A stretch of DNA of 59,205 nt, from positions 1 through 59,205 of the forward strand of contig CATMOE010000015.1 in the NCBI GenBank assembly GCA_950072105.1, in the 5' to 3' direction. The notes beneath the pieces are model-generated. The model saw only the letters and a list, made by a program, of their open reading frames with translations, was not told where the DNA came from and ran no database searches. Positions 49,797 to 59,205 of the stretch are shown in pieces; the first letter of the stretch is position 1, and every line of letters begins with the position of its first letter. A program made the translations under genes and the position numbers. This stretch comes from an uncultured Dehalococcoidia bacterium (lineage in GTDB: Bacteria > Chloroflexota > Dehalococcoidia > Lucifugimonadales > UBA3495).

Positions 49797-49855
49797 AGCC
49801 TAAATCCAGAGCATCGAACAATTAGGCTGAGTAAGCGGCATTGGTACTTCCGCGG

Positions 49856-50035
49856 TTACTCCAACTCCAGATGATTGATCAACTCTTCGGCCCACTGACG
49901 GAGGTAGTCCTCTAGGTCGCCCCCACAATGGGGACATTCTAAGTCTCCAAAGCGGATTCTGGTTCCACAGTTGGCGCATGCCTGCACCTCTGACAAATTC
50001 GACATTACCTTCTGGATCTGGCTCTCGGTGGCCAT
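49856..50035 (-). CDS. Small zinc-ribbon protein
   Basis: GGGAGG RBS; CANCG...CPHCG. Confidence 0.75.
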   Translation of the reverse strand: MATESQIQKVMSNLSEVQACANCGTRIRFGDLECPHCGGDLEDYLRQWAEELINHLELE

Positions 50036-50267
50036 CGTCCTCCCTGAATAATCTGATTTCCCCGGCGATATCTGTAAACAGAATCTTGGAGCTAGCATTC
50101 GCATGCTATATCCTTAACTTGCCCGTATCCAGCTTACACGTTTAGGCCTCTTGCGTCTAAGCTAAATACGGCCGGAGCTTGACGCTACGTAGACTCCGGA
50201 ATCAAAGTCTTATCATTTGTAATCACCGATGCAACCTATCGTTAAGATGCAAACTACAAGGATATAA

Positions 50268-51212
50268 ATGATTTATCGGACACTGGGAAGGACTGAACTG
50301 AAAGTCTCATTGGTAAGTTACGGATCAGGAGGACCAAGCAAACTCGGTCAGAACACCGGAATATCATCAAACGATCAGGACCTACTGATCCATAAGTGCA
50401 TCGACTCAGGCGTCAACCTGTTCGATACATCGGAGGCTTACGGAGACAGTGAATCGATTTTGGCGCGAGGCTTGAAGGGCGTTCCAAGAGACTCGTATAT
50501 CTTGGCTACCAAATGCCGCTACCTAGACCGCGGCGGTGTGATGCGAACACCCGAAGATATCGCCAGATCCATTGAAAACAGCCTGGTTCGATTGCAGGTT
50601 GACTACGTTGACGTCCTACAGTTTCATGTCTTCAATTCAAAGCATTACTTCGATGTGGTGGAACAGCATTACCCGGTGCTGAAGCGCTTTCAAGAGCAAG
50701 GGAAGATTCGGTTCATCGGGTTTAGTGAGCAGTTCATGGTTGAGCACGATCACAAGGGCGTCGTGCTGGCTCTGGAATCTCACCCAGAACTGTGGGACGT
50801 CATCCAATTGAAGTACGGCATACTCAATCAGACCGCGGCGGACAAGGCTCTTCCCCTGGCGATGGAGCACAACGTTGGCATCGTCAACATGGCGGCGGTA
50901 CGCATCAAGCTGGTGAGTCCCAAGTTATTGCGGGAACAAGTTGCCGAGTGGAAGACCCAAGGCCTGGTCCCTTAAAACGCCGTGCCTGACGATGCCCCCC
51001 TAGACTGGTTGATCCACGACGACGTGGACTCAGTTATAAGCGCCGGTTACAAATTCGCCGCCGACCATCCGGGGATATCCATCGTGCTCACCGGCACGTC
51101 AAGCCTCACCCACATGGAGGACAACCTCAGAGCCATGGATGAGCCTACGCTCGCCGAAGATGACAAACATAGACTTCAGGAACTGTTTGGGGAAATCGCT
51201 ATCTATATCTGA
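50268..51212 (+). pseudogene. Aldo/keto reductase with in-frame stop
   Basis: YRTLGRTELKVS, FDTSEAYG, SLVRLQVDYVD; TAA at 50973-50975, then the same frame continues NAVPDD...VLTGTSSLTHMEDN. Confidence 0.82.
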
Positions 51213-51366
51213 CACTCGACAGTCCGGTGAAAGTGGTTCCGGCGTCCCTCCCGTGGTGGACAGAACTTATGGGTTTGGGTATCATCTCTGGCAAGCAAAA
51301 CTCGTTGTTAAGTAAGATTAAGATTGGCTGCACAGTCACTCTGAAGAAAGCGGAAAGGAGACCAAA

Positions 51367-51921
51367 ATGTCAGCGAAAGTCAATGGACTCGGTCATATCG
51401 GCTTCTACGTTCAGGATCTGGAACTCATGAAGGAATTCTACGGGAAATTCATGGGCATGACGCTGACCAAAGTCGGTCCGCTCGGGGCCTTTTTCAGCGC
51501 CGACCCGGAAGGCGTCGACCACGAGATCGCGCTGATCAGCGGCCGGACTTCCCTTGAGGACCCCCACTGGATCCAGCAGATGTCGATGCGGGTAGACTCC
51601 CTTGATGACCTCCGTGACTTCAAGCGGCGCATTAATGAGCGCGGGTATAAGATAGACCGCATCGTCACCCATGCCAGCGCCATCGGTTGCTACTTCCGCG
51701 ATCCGGAGAACAACCCCACCGAGGTGTTCTGGCTGACCGGCCATACGTCATGGGCCCAGATCAGCGTCCCGATCGACATCGACCAGTCGGACGAAGCGGT
51801 TATGGCAGAGGTGGACCGGTCCTTCGAGGTGTCCCAACACGTCGAGATGGGCAAGGCGCCAAGCGAGGAAACGCGAGATGCTATCCGCGGGCTGAATGAG
51901 GCGGTGATGGCCAGCCGGTAA
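51367..51921 (+). CDS. VOC/glyoxalase family protein
   Basis: LGHIGFYVQDL, DHEIAL, YFRDPENNPTE. Confidence 0.9.
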   Translation: MSAKVNGLGHIGFYVQDLELMKEFYGKFMGMTLTKVGPLGAFFSADPEGVDHEIALISGRTSLEDPHWIQQMSMRVDSLDDLRDFKRRINERGYKIDRIVTHASAIGCYFRDPENNPTEVFWLTGHTSWAQISVPIDIDQSDEAVMAEVDRSFEVSQHVEMGKAPSEETRDAIRGLNEAVMASR

Positions 51922-52009
51922 GCTCACCCTTCCAACCGAGTTCTAGCAACGCAACAAGACCAGGCCTTGCTTCTTGCTAAGGCTCAGTGGTTCTTCTATC
52001 CGGACGAAA

Positions 52010-52046
52010 GACTAGGCCCGCAGTCATTAGAGTGCGGGCCTAGTTT
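52010..52046. terminator. Hairpin after the VOC gene
   Basis: actaggcccgca...tgcgggcctagttt. Confidence 0.65.
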
Positions 52047-52090
52047 GATGCCGGCGTCCGGCAAGGTTGGGCGATTCCACCGATACGCAT

Positions 52091-52124
52091 AAGAGGCGGA
52101 CACGTTTTTACGTGTTCGCCTCTT
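52091..52124. terminator. Hairpin after the convergent hydrolase gene
   Basis: aagaggcggacacgt...acgtgttcgcctctt. Confidence 0.6.
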
Positions 52125-52150
52125 AACGTCAGCGCACCAGGGTGTCTGGC

Positions 52151-53011
52151 TTAACCGATGTGTTTATGGATGAACGCGCCCATCTGCTCCAACGTCTGCT
52201 TTCCAACGTCAGAAGATAGGTCGCTCAGAAGACCCTCGCCTTCTCCATCGACGATGGTCACGTCGATCGGGCCGCCAGCCTTGCGGTACTGATCTACGAA
52301 CTCGTCGAAGTCCGGGCGAGGATGCGCCGCCTCGTAGTCGCGGCGAAGGGCCAGCGTGGGCGGAAGGGCTGTCTTCTCGCCACTGGCAAGGATTCGCCCT
52401 GGGGCACCCTCGGCCATGGCTTCTTCCGTTCCCCAGTACTGCTCGTGCATGGGTGGCGTCCGCTCGCCCATACCCTCGGGTGGCGTGCAATCCGATCGCA
52501 GGCCTTTGGCATATAGATATCGTCCCAGAGGGTCGATCACGGGAGAAACCATGATCACGCAGGCTAGGGTTCCGTCTGCTGAAGAGCCCGCCGGGGATGG
52601 CAGCGCGGCGTAGCGAGAGTCGTTCGGGCGCATGCCCAGGAGCATGGCCTGGTGCGCGCCACTGGAAGTGCCCATGGCGCCGACTCTGCCCGGGATGCCG
52701 TTCCAAGACGCGGCCTGAGTCTTAGCCCAACGGACCGCATAGTGGATGTCGGCCAAAGAGGCCGGATACGGATCTTGCGTGCGAAAATCCAATGCCGCCA
52801 CGATCACACCAGTCTTGGCCAGCGCTTCATTGGCCGCGTCGCCATTCTCACGAGCTCCCCGGACCCAGGCCCCACCATGCAGTTCAAGCATGATTGGGAA
52901 CGGCCCGCTGCCCTGGGGCTTGAACAGCTTCGCCAATAGGGGAGCGCCACCGTGATTGATATATTCCACGTCGGCGATGTCGACATTATACGTTTGGGCT
53001 TTTGTAGTCAT
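52151..53011 (-). CDS. Alpha/beta hydrolase (HSL-like)
   Basis: LHGGAW, YPASLAD, GTSSG nucleophile elbow. Confidence 0.9.
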   Translation of the reverse strand: MTTKAQTYNVDIADVEYINHGGAPLLAKLFKPQGSGPFPIMLELHGGAWVRGARENGDAANEALAKTGVIVAALDFRTQDPYPASLADIHYAVRWAKTQAASWNGIPGRVGAMGTSSGAHQAMLLGMRPNDSRYAALPSPAGSSADGTLACVIMVSPVIDPLGRYLYAKGLRSDCTPPEGMGERTPPMHEQYWGTEEAMAEGAPGRILASGEKTALPPTLALRRDYEAAHPRPDFDEFVDQYRKAGGPIDVTIVDGEGEGLLSDLSSDVGKQTLEQMGAFIHKHIG

Positions 53012-53093
53012 TCAAAACTCCCTTTACTAGTAGGCTTTTGGATATCGGTGAGCCTAGATTACCGGCTACAGGCCGCTCCGTCAAGGTGACGGG

Positions 53094-54302
53094 TTATCCC
53101 CATAACCTCTCTGTCGCTAGTCTTGCACCCTCTACCATGGAACTCAACTTGGCCCAAACAACTTCTTCATGACCAACCCGGGAACCCATGCCGCAGTCGG
53201 TACCGGTCTGGACGTTTTCCCGCCCCACCGAATTAGCGTACCTGACGATACGCTCAGCCACGAGTTCGGGGTGCTCAACCAGGTCGGTAGCGTGGGAGAT
53301 TACGCCCGGCATCAGCATCCTGCCTTCGGGCAGTTTCACATCTTCCCACACACGATATTCGTGCTCGTGCCTCACATTAGCCGCCTCGATCGAGTATTGC
53401 CGGGCGTTGATCTTGATCAGCAGGTCCACGATGGATTTAAGCTCTATGTCGTTTACGAGGGGCGGTGACCACTTCCCCAGCAAGTATGAAATCGAACTAG
53501 ATCTTCGGGCAGGCCCTGTATGGAACGGTTGATCACCTCGACGCAGAAGCTTAGATATTTACGCAGATCATTGACATTCCAGTCTGGATAGAAGGTCCAA
53601 GACGTGCAGAACTCCGGGTTCGTCCACTTGCACTATGAGACCGGCGTCCGTGATGGTCTTGTACTCCTCACGGCATGCCTCAGCCACGGCCATCATGTAC
53701 TCTTCTTCGCTGCTGTAGTGTTCGTTGCGTACCCCGGCGCCCAAGCTCAGAGGCCCTAGAGCCGCTATATACCCCTCGACATCTCTACCGTGAATCGCCG
53801 CCTTGATATGGTCAACGTCGGCCTGGACGGCTGTCTGGCCGGAGTAGGTAACAGCCGACGTGCATACCCGTGGGGCTCTCTGATTAGGGGAGCGCATTCC
53901 TCCCCGGGTGGCAAACCCCGGACGGATCGGTCCCCCGGATCCAGAAAACCAAAGCCCTGAATCGTAAAAGCCTGGAAATTGTCTACGATCGCGCTCCGAC
54001 GTACCAGCTCTTTTGGGTGGGCGGGCCGGGTCCTCTGGCACCGTCGAGTAACCTGTGACGCGATCAACCATGTAGCCGCCGTAACTCCCGGCTTTAGCAA
54101 ACTCACCATCGTTCACGATGTCCACTCCCAGCAGCACCTGCCGGTCTACGACGTCTTGTATTGCTTGGGGAAGCCGCTGATGATACTCGGTTCCAGTGGC
54201 CGCCTCCAAGCTGATTCCACCGTCGATTAACTCGTTTAGATACTCGGGCCGTGGCAAGTTACCGGCGTGGGAAACTAGAATACGGTCAGTACTTTGCCTC
54301 AA
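53094..54302 (-). pseudogene. Cobalamin-independent methionine synthase II-like protein, double frameshift
   Basis: SHAGNLPRP, IVNDGEFAK, VQVDEP; the intervening frame reads EFCTSWTFYPDW...VRFHTCWGSGHRP; third segment PGVISH...EHPELVA...DCGMG. Confidence 0.85.
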
Positions 54303-54330
54303 AGCGCTGCTCTCTTATTTCTAACCGCCA

Positions 54331-56382
54331 TCATCCCAGCCGGGGTACGATGGGAAGGTCCCGGATGCGGGTCTTGGTGGCAGCATAGACCGCGTTGCCG
54401 ATGGCGGCGGCGATGGGGACGATCCCTGGCTCGCCGGCGCCGGTGGACGGGGTTGTGGAGTCACCGGACATCACAATCTCGATCTCGGGTGTGTCGTTGA
54501 TGCGCGGTACACGGTACCGGCTTAAGGCCGGGTTCAACAGCCGCCCGGAATCGAATTCTACTACCTCACGAAGCGCGGTTCCCATGCCCATGATGATGGA
54601 CCCTTCCATCTGGTTGCGGACGCCTTCAGGGTTGACTACCATGCCGCAGTCGATGCCAGCCACGACTCGTTGTACCCTCACATTCCTTCTTCTTGCGGTG
54701 ACCTCCGCGCATTCAGCCACGAAGCTGCCAGCGTCGTAACCGATGGCTACACCGATTCCCACGGAGGTATCGTTCCGGCGAGATTCCCAGTCAAAGCGGT
54801 CGGCGGTCTGCCTAAGGACTCGGCTTAAGCGAGGATGGGTCAGATTCATGAGCCGAAGCTCCACGGGATCCATGTTGAGAGTGGCCGCGATCTCGTCGAT
54901 ATGAATCTCCCGGGCAAAATGATTCGCCGCGCAACCAAGCGACCGGTAAGAGCCGGTTCGCAGGGGCGATGCGGAATCCGCCACGGCTATGCGCACGTTC
55001 GGGGTGTTGTAGGGGGTATCGGCCCCCCGCTGCCCACGTTGCGGACGGTCGCCGGTGTGATAGGCGGTGTACTCCCAAGCCACGATCTGTCCGTCGGCGT
55101 TGAAACCGCTGCGGATCTCAAAGAGCGCCGCGGGCCGTACGGTGGCCCATATGAACTCTTCTTCCCGGCTGTGGGCGACGCGAACCGGCCGGCCCGCTGC
55201 TTTGGCGAGGACAGCCGCTTCTTTCGCCACCTCAACGGTGCCCTTGGTGCCAAAGGAGCCGCCGACCTCGGGGGCAATGACTCGTATCTGGTCTTGACTC
55301 ATATCCAATGCTTGAGCCAGCTCGTCCCGCACTCCAAAGGGGGCCCGGTCACCGGACCAAACGGTCAGGTTCCCGCCATCCCATGACGCAACCGCGGCGC
55401 TGGTCTCCATGGGGACATTGGCGACGTGGGGAACAAAGTAACTGCCCTCTAGGACATGGTCCGCCTGGGCAAATCCATCCGCCGGCGAACCCTCTTCTCG
55501 AAGGACAATCATCTCCTTGGCTTTCTCTTTCAGTGCGGCTGGAAAGTCTGAGTCTGATGGGAGGTTCTGTTCTTCTTGCCAGCGAACCCGTATCGCATCG
55601 ACAGCTTGTTCGGCGGCATCTTCGCGCTCGCACACCACACCGACGAAGTCCCCATCTCGTACCAGAATGACAAAGCCGGGAATGCGTTCGGCCCCAGCGG
55701 TATCAATCTGCTGGGGAGTGGCGCCATAGGAAGGGGCGCGCAGGATCTTGCCGTGGAGCATGCCATCTACGACGATGTCATGCGAGTACTTGGCTTGGCC
55801 GGTGACCCTGGCCAGGGCATCGGTACGCGTCGCGTCCTTACCCATGAAGACGAAATCCTCGGCCCGCTTGGTGGCCGTGTCTTCGAGAATAGGCAGCCGA
55901 AGGTCTTTTCCTTGCAGTAGCTCAGCGTAGGAGACTCTTCGGCTTGGCTCGCCGCTTACGAAGACTTGGCCCTCGCTTGTTGCCAAACTGGCCTCTTCAA
56001 CCGACCAATGCTCCGCGGCGAGGGTGATGAGCGCGCCTCTTGCTGTTGCGGCCGCCCGCCGGAGCTGCATACCCAGCGTCATCGTCGACAGGCTGCCAAC
56101 GGTGCCTCGATCATAAGGCACCAGAGCGGTATCGCCCAAAATGATGCGAACCGAATCAAGTGGCAGGTCCAGTTCATCAGCGACAGCGAGGGAAAATCCG
56201 CTGCGGATGCCCTGGCCGTATTCCACTTTGCCGGAGAAAGCGGTGGCGCCGCCTTGCCGGTCCATTACCAGCAAAGTCGCCTCCGGTCCGGGTGGCTCGC
56301 GAAGCTCAAGCCCACCGGCCCATTGAGGGGGACCGGTAACGACGAGCGCGGCATCCTCGTGAAGTTCACTGATCGTTGTCAT
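54331..56382 (-). CDS. Molybdopterin-binding subunit, IorB/xanthine dehydrogenase family
   Basis: GKVEYGQGIR, VGGSFG, GSYRSLG, QMEGSIIMG, GAGEPG. Confidence 0.92.
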   Translation of the reverse strand: MTTISELHEDAALVVTGPPQWAGGLELREPPGPEATLLVMDRQGGATAFSGKVEYGQGIRSGFSLAVADELDLPLDSVRIILGDTALVPYDRGTVGSLSTMTLGMQLRRAAATARGALITLAAEHWSVEEASLATSEGQVFVSGEPSRRVSYAELLQGKDLRLPILEDTATKRAEDFVFMGKDATRTDALARVTGQAKYSHDIVVDGMLHGKILRAPSYGATPQQIDTAGAERIPGFVILVRDGDFVGVVCEREDAAEQAVDAIRVRWQEEQNLPSDSDFPAALKEKAKEMIVLREEGSPADGFAQADHVLEGSYFVPHVANVPMETSAAVASWDGGNLTVWSGDRAPFGVRDELAQALDMSQDQIRVIAPEVGGSFGTKGTVEVAKEAAVLAKAAGRPVRVAHSREEEFIWATVRPAALFEIRSGFNADGQIVAWEYTAYHTGDRPQRGQRGADTPYNTPNVRIAVADSASPLRTGSYRSLGCAANHFAREIHIDEIAATLNMDPVELRLMNLTHPRLSRVLRQTADRFDWESRRNDTSVGIGVAIGYDAGSFVAECAEVTARRRNVRVQRVVAGIDCGMVVNPEGVRNQMEGSIIMGMGTALREVVEFDSGRLLNPALSRYRVPRINDTPEIEIVMSGDSTTPSTGAGEPGIVPIAAAIGNAVYAATKTRIRDLPIVPRLG

Positions 56383-56852
56383 CACTTTCCTCCTTCTTGG
56401 CCCATCCGCTCGGCGGCTGCCTTGGCCGCCTGCAGGATACGTACGTAGGTGCCGCAGCGGCAGATGTTGCCGGTCAGAGCCGCTCGGATCTGCCGATCGT
56501 CGGGCTGAGGGTTGCGCGATAGCAAAGCTACCGCACTCATGATGAATCCCGGCGTGCAGAAAGCGCACTGGAACGCCGTGTGTTCGATGAATGCTTCTTG
56601 AACCGGATGGAGATTGCCGCCCTTGGCTAGACCTTCGATGGTAGTAACCTCTCGCCCTGCCGCCGCTTCCACTGGAGTGATGCAAGAGTTCTTCGACTCG
56701 CCGTCAATCAAGACCGTGCAGGCTCCGCAATCTCCGTCGCCGCACCCATATTTGGTGCCGGTCAATCCCAGGTCGTGGCGCAGGACGGCAAGAAGAGTCG
56801 TCTCCTCGTCCACGTCCACCTCGTACGATTCTCCGTTTACCAATAGTTCCAT
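56382..56852 (-). CDS. (2Fe-2S) small subunit, IorA/CoxS-like
   Basis: GTKYGCGDGDCGACTV, QCAFCTPG, NICRCGTY. Confidence 0.95.
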   Translation of the reverse strand: MELLVNGESYEVDVDEETTLLAVLRHDLGLTGTKYGCGDGDCGACTVLIDGESKNSCITPVEAAAGREVTTIEGLAKGGNLHPVQEAFIEHTAFQCAFCTPGFIMSAVALLSRNPQPDDRQIRAALTGNICRCGTYVRILQAAKAAAERMGQEGGK

Positions 56853-57025
56853 CGATAGCAACTCCTCTACACGGGTTAAAAGCTCAGGGGAATGGGGTTA
56901 CAGCCACGATAATGTTGATTTGATCGACGGTAGTATAGCCTGTTATGAACACCATCGGCGAATAGGGATCGCTAGATCCGAAGACGTGAGCAGGCGCGAA
57001 CGAAATGGGGACGATCGTTCCTCTG

Positions 57026-58380
57026 TTACTGGAACTGACGGAGTTGCTTGTGGGTGATTAAGACGACGGCCGAGACGAGAAGCATCAGCCCGGCCAGGAT
57101 GCCGATGGCGACTTGACCGCCAAAATATTCGGCTACCAGGGCCGCAGGCAAAACGCCCAAAGGCATGAGCCCAAAGTTCATCATGAAGACGCTCCATACC
57201 CGGCCGCGGTACTGTTCCTCGGAGATTTCCATCACCAAGGCTTGGTTCAGCGCCCTTCGGCCGGCGTCTCCCAGGCCGAGAAGAACCATGAGTCCCAAGG
57301 CAATAGCGTATACCGGGAATATGGATACTAGCAACAAAGCAAAGCCGGTCATAAAGCTTCCCGCGATGAGCAACAGCCCCCGGTGAAACCGGCCCAGTCC
57401 GGCGATAAACAGTGAGCCGATCAAGGTGCCTAATCCCATGAGGCTCACCAATAGCCCCATCGCCTCCGGTCCTTTGTGGTATATGTCAACCACGAATACC
57501 GGCAGCAAGAACCTAAAGGGCATGGCCAGCATGGTGGTGGCCAATCCCAGGCATAACAAGACAAAGACCATGCGGGTACGCCGGATGTAAGAGAGTCCGT
57601 CCTTGATGTCGCCAAGCACCGTCGTTCTTTTGTCGGTGGGCTCCGCGGTGGATTTGGGGAGCAGTCCAGTTAATAGCATCGCGCCCACTAACATCCCACC
57701 GATGACGTAGTACACGCCATCCGGACCTATCAGCGCGTAAAGCCCCCCGCTAGAGCCGGCGCCATCAGCGTGGTCAAGCTCATGCCGGCCGCGTTCAGGG
57801 CCATGGCGTTGCCCAGCTTCTCCTTGCCAACCAACTGAGGGATCATGGCTTGCCGGGCCGGCATCAGCAGCGCCATGAGGGACCCATGGACTATCGACGC
57901 GCCGAGGAGGTGGTACCACGTGACGCTGCCCACGGAGATGGTAATGGCAATGAACACCGCAAGTATGGCTGCGCCGCCTTGCCCAACCTGAACGATGCGC
58001 TTGCGCTCAATCCTGTCGGCCAGCGCTCCGCCAAACAGCGCAAGGACCAATATGGGGAGCGCGGTGGCGGCGTTGACCAGCCCAAGGATAGCGGCGTTCT
58101 GGTTTGTTAAGTCGTAGACCAGGTAGCCCCGGGCCATCATCTGCATCTGCATGGCCCCCATCATCACCATCATTCCCAGCCAGAAGTGGCGGAAGTGCGT
58201 GTTTGAAAGGGAGTCGAAGGTTTGTTTCCAGCCCCTCTTTGTGGCCCGGCGTGCCGGCCGGGCTGCTGTGACCGGCCTCGGAGCAGGGGCCTCCGGAACG
58301 TTCACTGCTCCTTCAGATGTCGGAGTCTCGGTCTCCACGCCGACGGTTGGCGCCTGGATTTCGGGTCTGTCAGTCTGCAA
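57026..58380 (-). pseudogene. MFS transporter (MFS_3-like), frameshifted
   Basis: FGGALADRIERKR and PARQAMIPQLV, then a frame change at the G6 run (57743-57748) into GGLYALIG... Confidence 0.82.
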
Positions 58381-58748
58381 GCAAAGAACGTCCTATCGAA
58401 AGGTGATGGTGTCTAGAAACGGTAATGAGGAAGCCGGACCATCAAGCCGCGCCGAGGAAGGGTACTTGCTAGTGGTCCAAGCCGGCAGGAGCGTTGCTTA
58501 CTCTGACGACCATGGTGACCCTCAGTTACGATGGAGTATATCTTAAATTACAATAGTAATAGCTATATAAAATACTATTCTATGATATTGTTTGTGGCGT
58601 GATCTTGTCAAGCGACGTGTAGCTGTTCCAGTCTCGAAACCTTCCGGAGGATTGTGGATCACGGTCGTGGATCGTCGGAAATTAGTGGGGGCCTCTGCTT
58701 CAGGTTTGGAAATCGTAGTCAGTTGCAGAGAGGGTGCCCGGGAAGGGG

Positions 58749-59132
58749 TTACTGCGCCTCCTCGAGTTCAAAACTGCACTCCAGAAAAAACTGGCCTTCC
58801 CTGCCGCTCATGTTCGTTAACGTGCATCTGATGGTTCCGGCCGCCTGGACTTCCAAGACCACTTTTTTCGGCTCCCGGCCGCCATCGACCGTTGTACCGT
58901 AAAGGAATACCCACTCTCTGTCTTCCAGCCTAAAGAATTCCAACTTCCTTCGGGCAGATTGACCAACAGACCCGGAGGGATTCTCTAACCCATTCGTCGA
59001 AGTCTCGGGAAGACATGTGGTAACGATTATCTTTCCTGGGCCGTTGGCCTGGACCACCTGCTCCAGATGGTCGCTCATCATATCGGCAGCGCCAGGATCT
59101 GGGAATGGCAGCAGATATCCACTGACGTTCAT
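58749..59132 (-). CDS. Hypothetical protein
   Basis: 127-aa ORF with no recognisable motif. Confidence 0.45.
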   Translation of the reverse strand: MNVSGYLLPFPDPGAADMMSDHLEQVVQANGPGKIIVTTCLPETSTNGLENPSGSVGQSARRKLEFFRLEDREWVFLYGTTVDGGREPKKVVLEVQAAGTIRCTLTNMSGREGQFFLECSFELEEAQ

Positions 59133-59163
59133 CTTGGGCCGCCTAGTGGGAACAGTGGCGAGG

Positions 59164-59205
59164 TCACTTTTTATTCAGTGCGGCAAGCACTTTCTCCGAC
59201 GTGAT
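59164..59205 (-). CDS. 3' end of an upstream gene, possibly a xanthine-dehydrogenase-family Mo subunit
   Basis: ITSEKVLAALNKK* resembles the PITPEKVLxAL C-terminus of that family; only 13 codons visible. Confidence 0.4.
   Translation of the reverse strand: MTSEKVLAALNKK

Noticed and set aside
56383..56685. N-terminal 100-aa extension of the Mo subunit in the ORF track
   Set aside because: It overlaps the 2Fe-2S gene in another frame; the real start is the coupled GTG/ATG at 56385/56382 after AGGAGG.
57743..57748. Phase variation at the MFS G-run
   Set aside because: A 6-nt homopolymer is short for a contingency locus; simple mutation or sequencing error is equally likely.
1..59205. Prophage, integrase, IS transposase or known defence system
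   Set aside because: No such protein motifs were recognised. The SMC-like gene has SbcC features (zinc hook) rather than a Wadjet or Lamassu context.

Overview
A 59 kb GC-rich bacterial chromosomal window. The gene repertoire (F420-type PPOX protein, HsaA-like monooxygenase, LAL regulator, CaiB transferase) suggests Chloroflexota/Dehalococcoidia, possibly SAR202-like; this is inference only. Housekeeping genes are intact: tRNA-Pro, mfd, proBA, mug, thpR, alkA, ffh, sbcC, mutM, a type-2 ileS, aroA, comF, rbsK, and a TPP-riboswitch-led thiamine-salvage cluster (thiZXY, tenA, thiD). They are interleaved with accessory catabolic genes, toxin-antitoxin modules and several disrupted genes. Main signals missed by the ORF track: (1) a SelL-like selenoprotein with two in-frame UGA codons in a U-L-P-U motif, plus a decayed DsrE-like U-G-G-C selenoprotein; (2) a disrupted STAND/LuxR (LAL) regulator followed by a perfect 22-bp palindrome and a signal-peptide gene with seven DESQE(V/N/I)GG cassettes, a candidate multi-core peptide signalling module; (3) palindromic repeats inserted in-frame in ileS and the LAL gene; (4) a non-canonical GIHH/KMSKR IleRS; (5) a duplicated 5' half of tRNA-Pro. 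All calls come from reading the sequence; no database searches were run.
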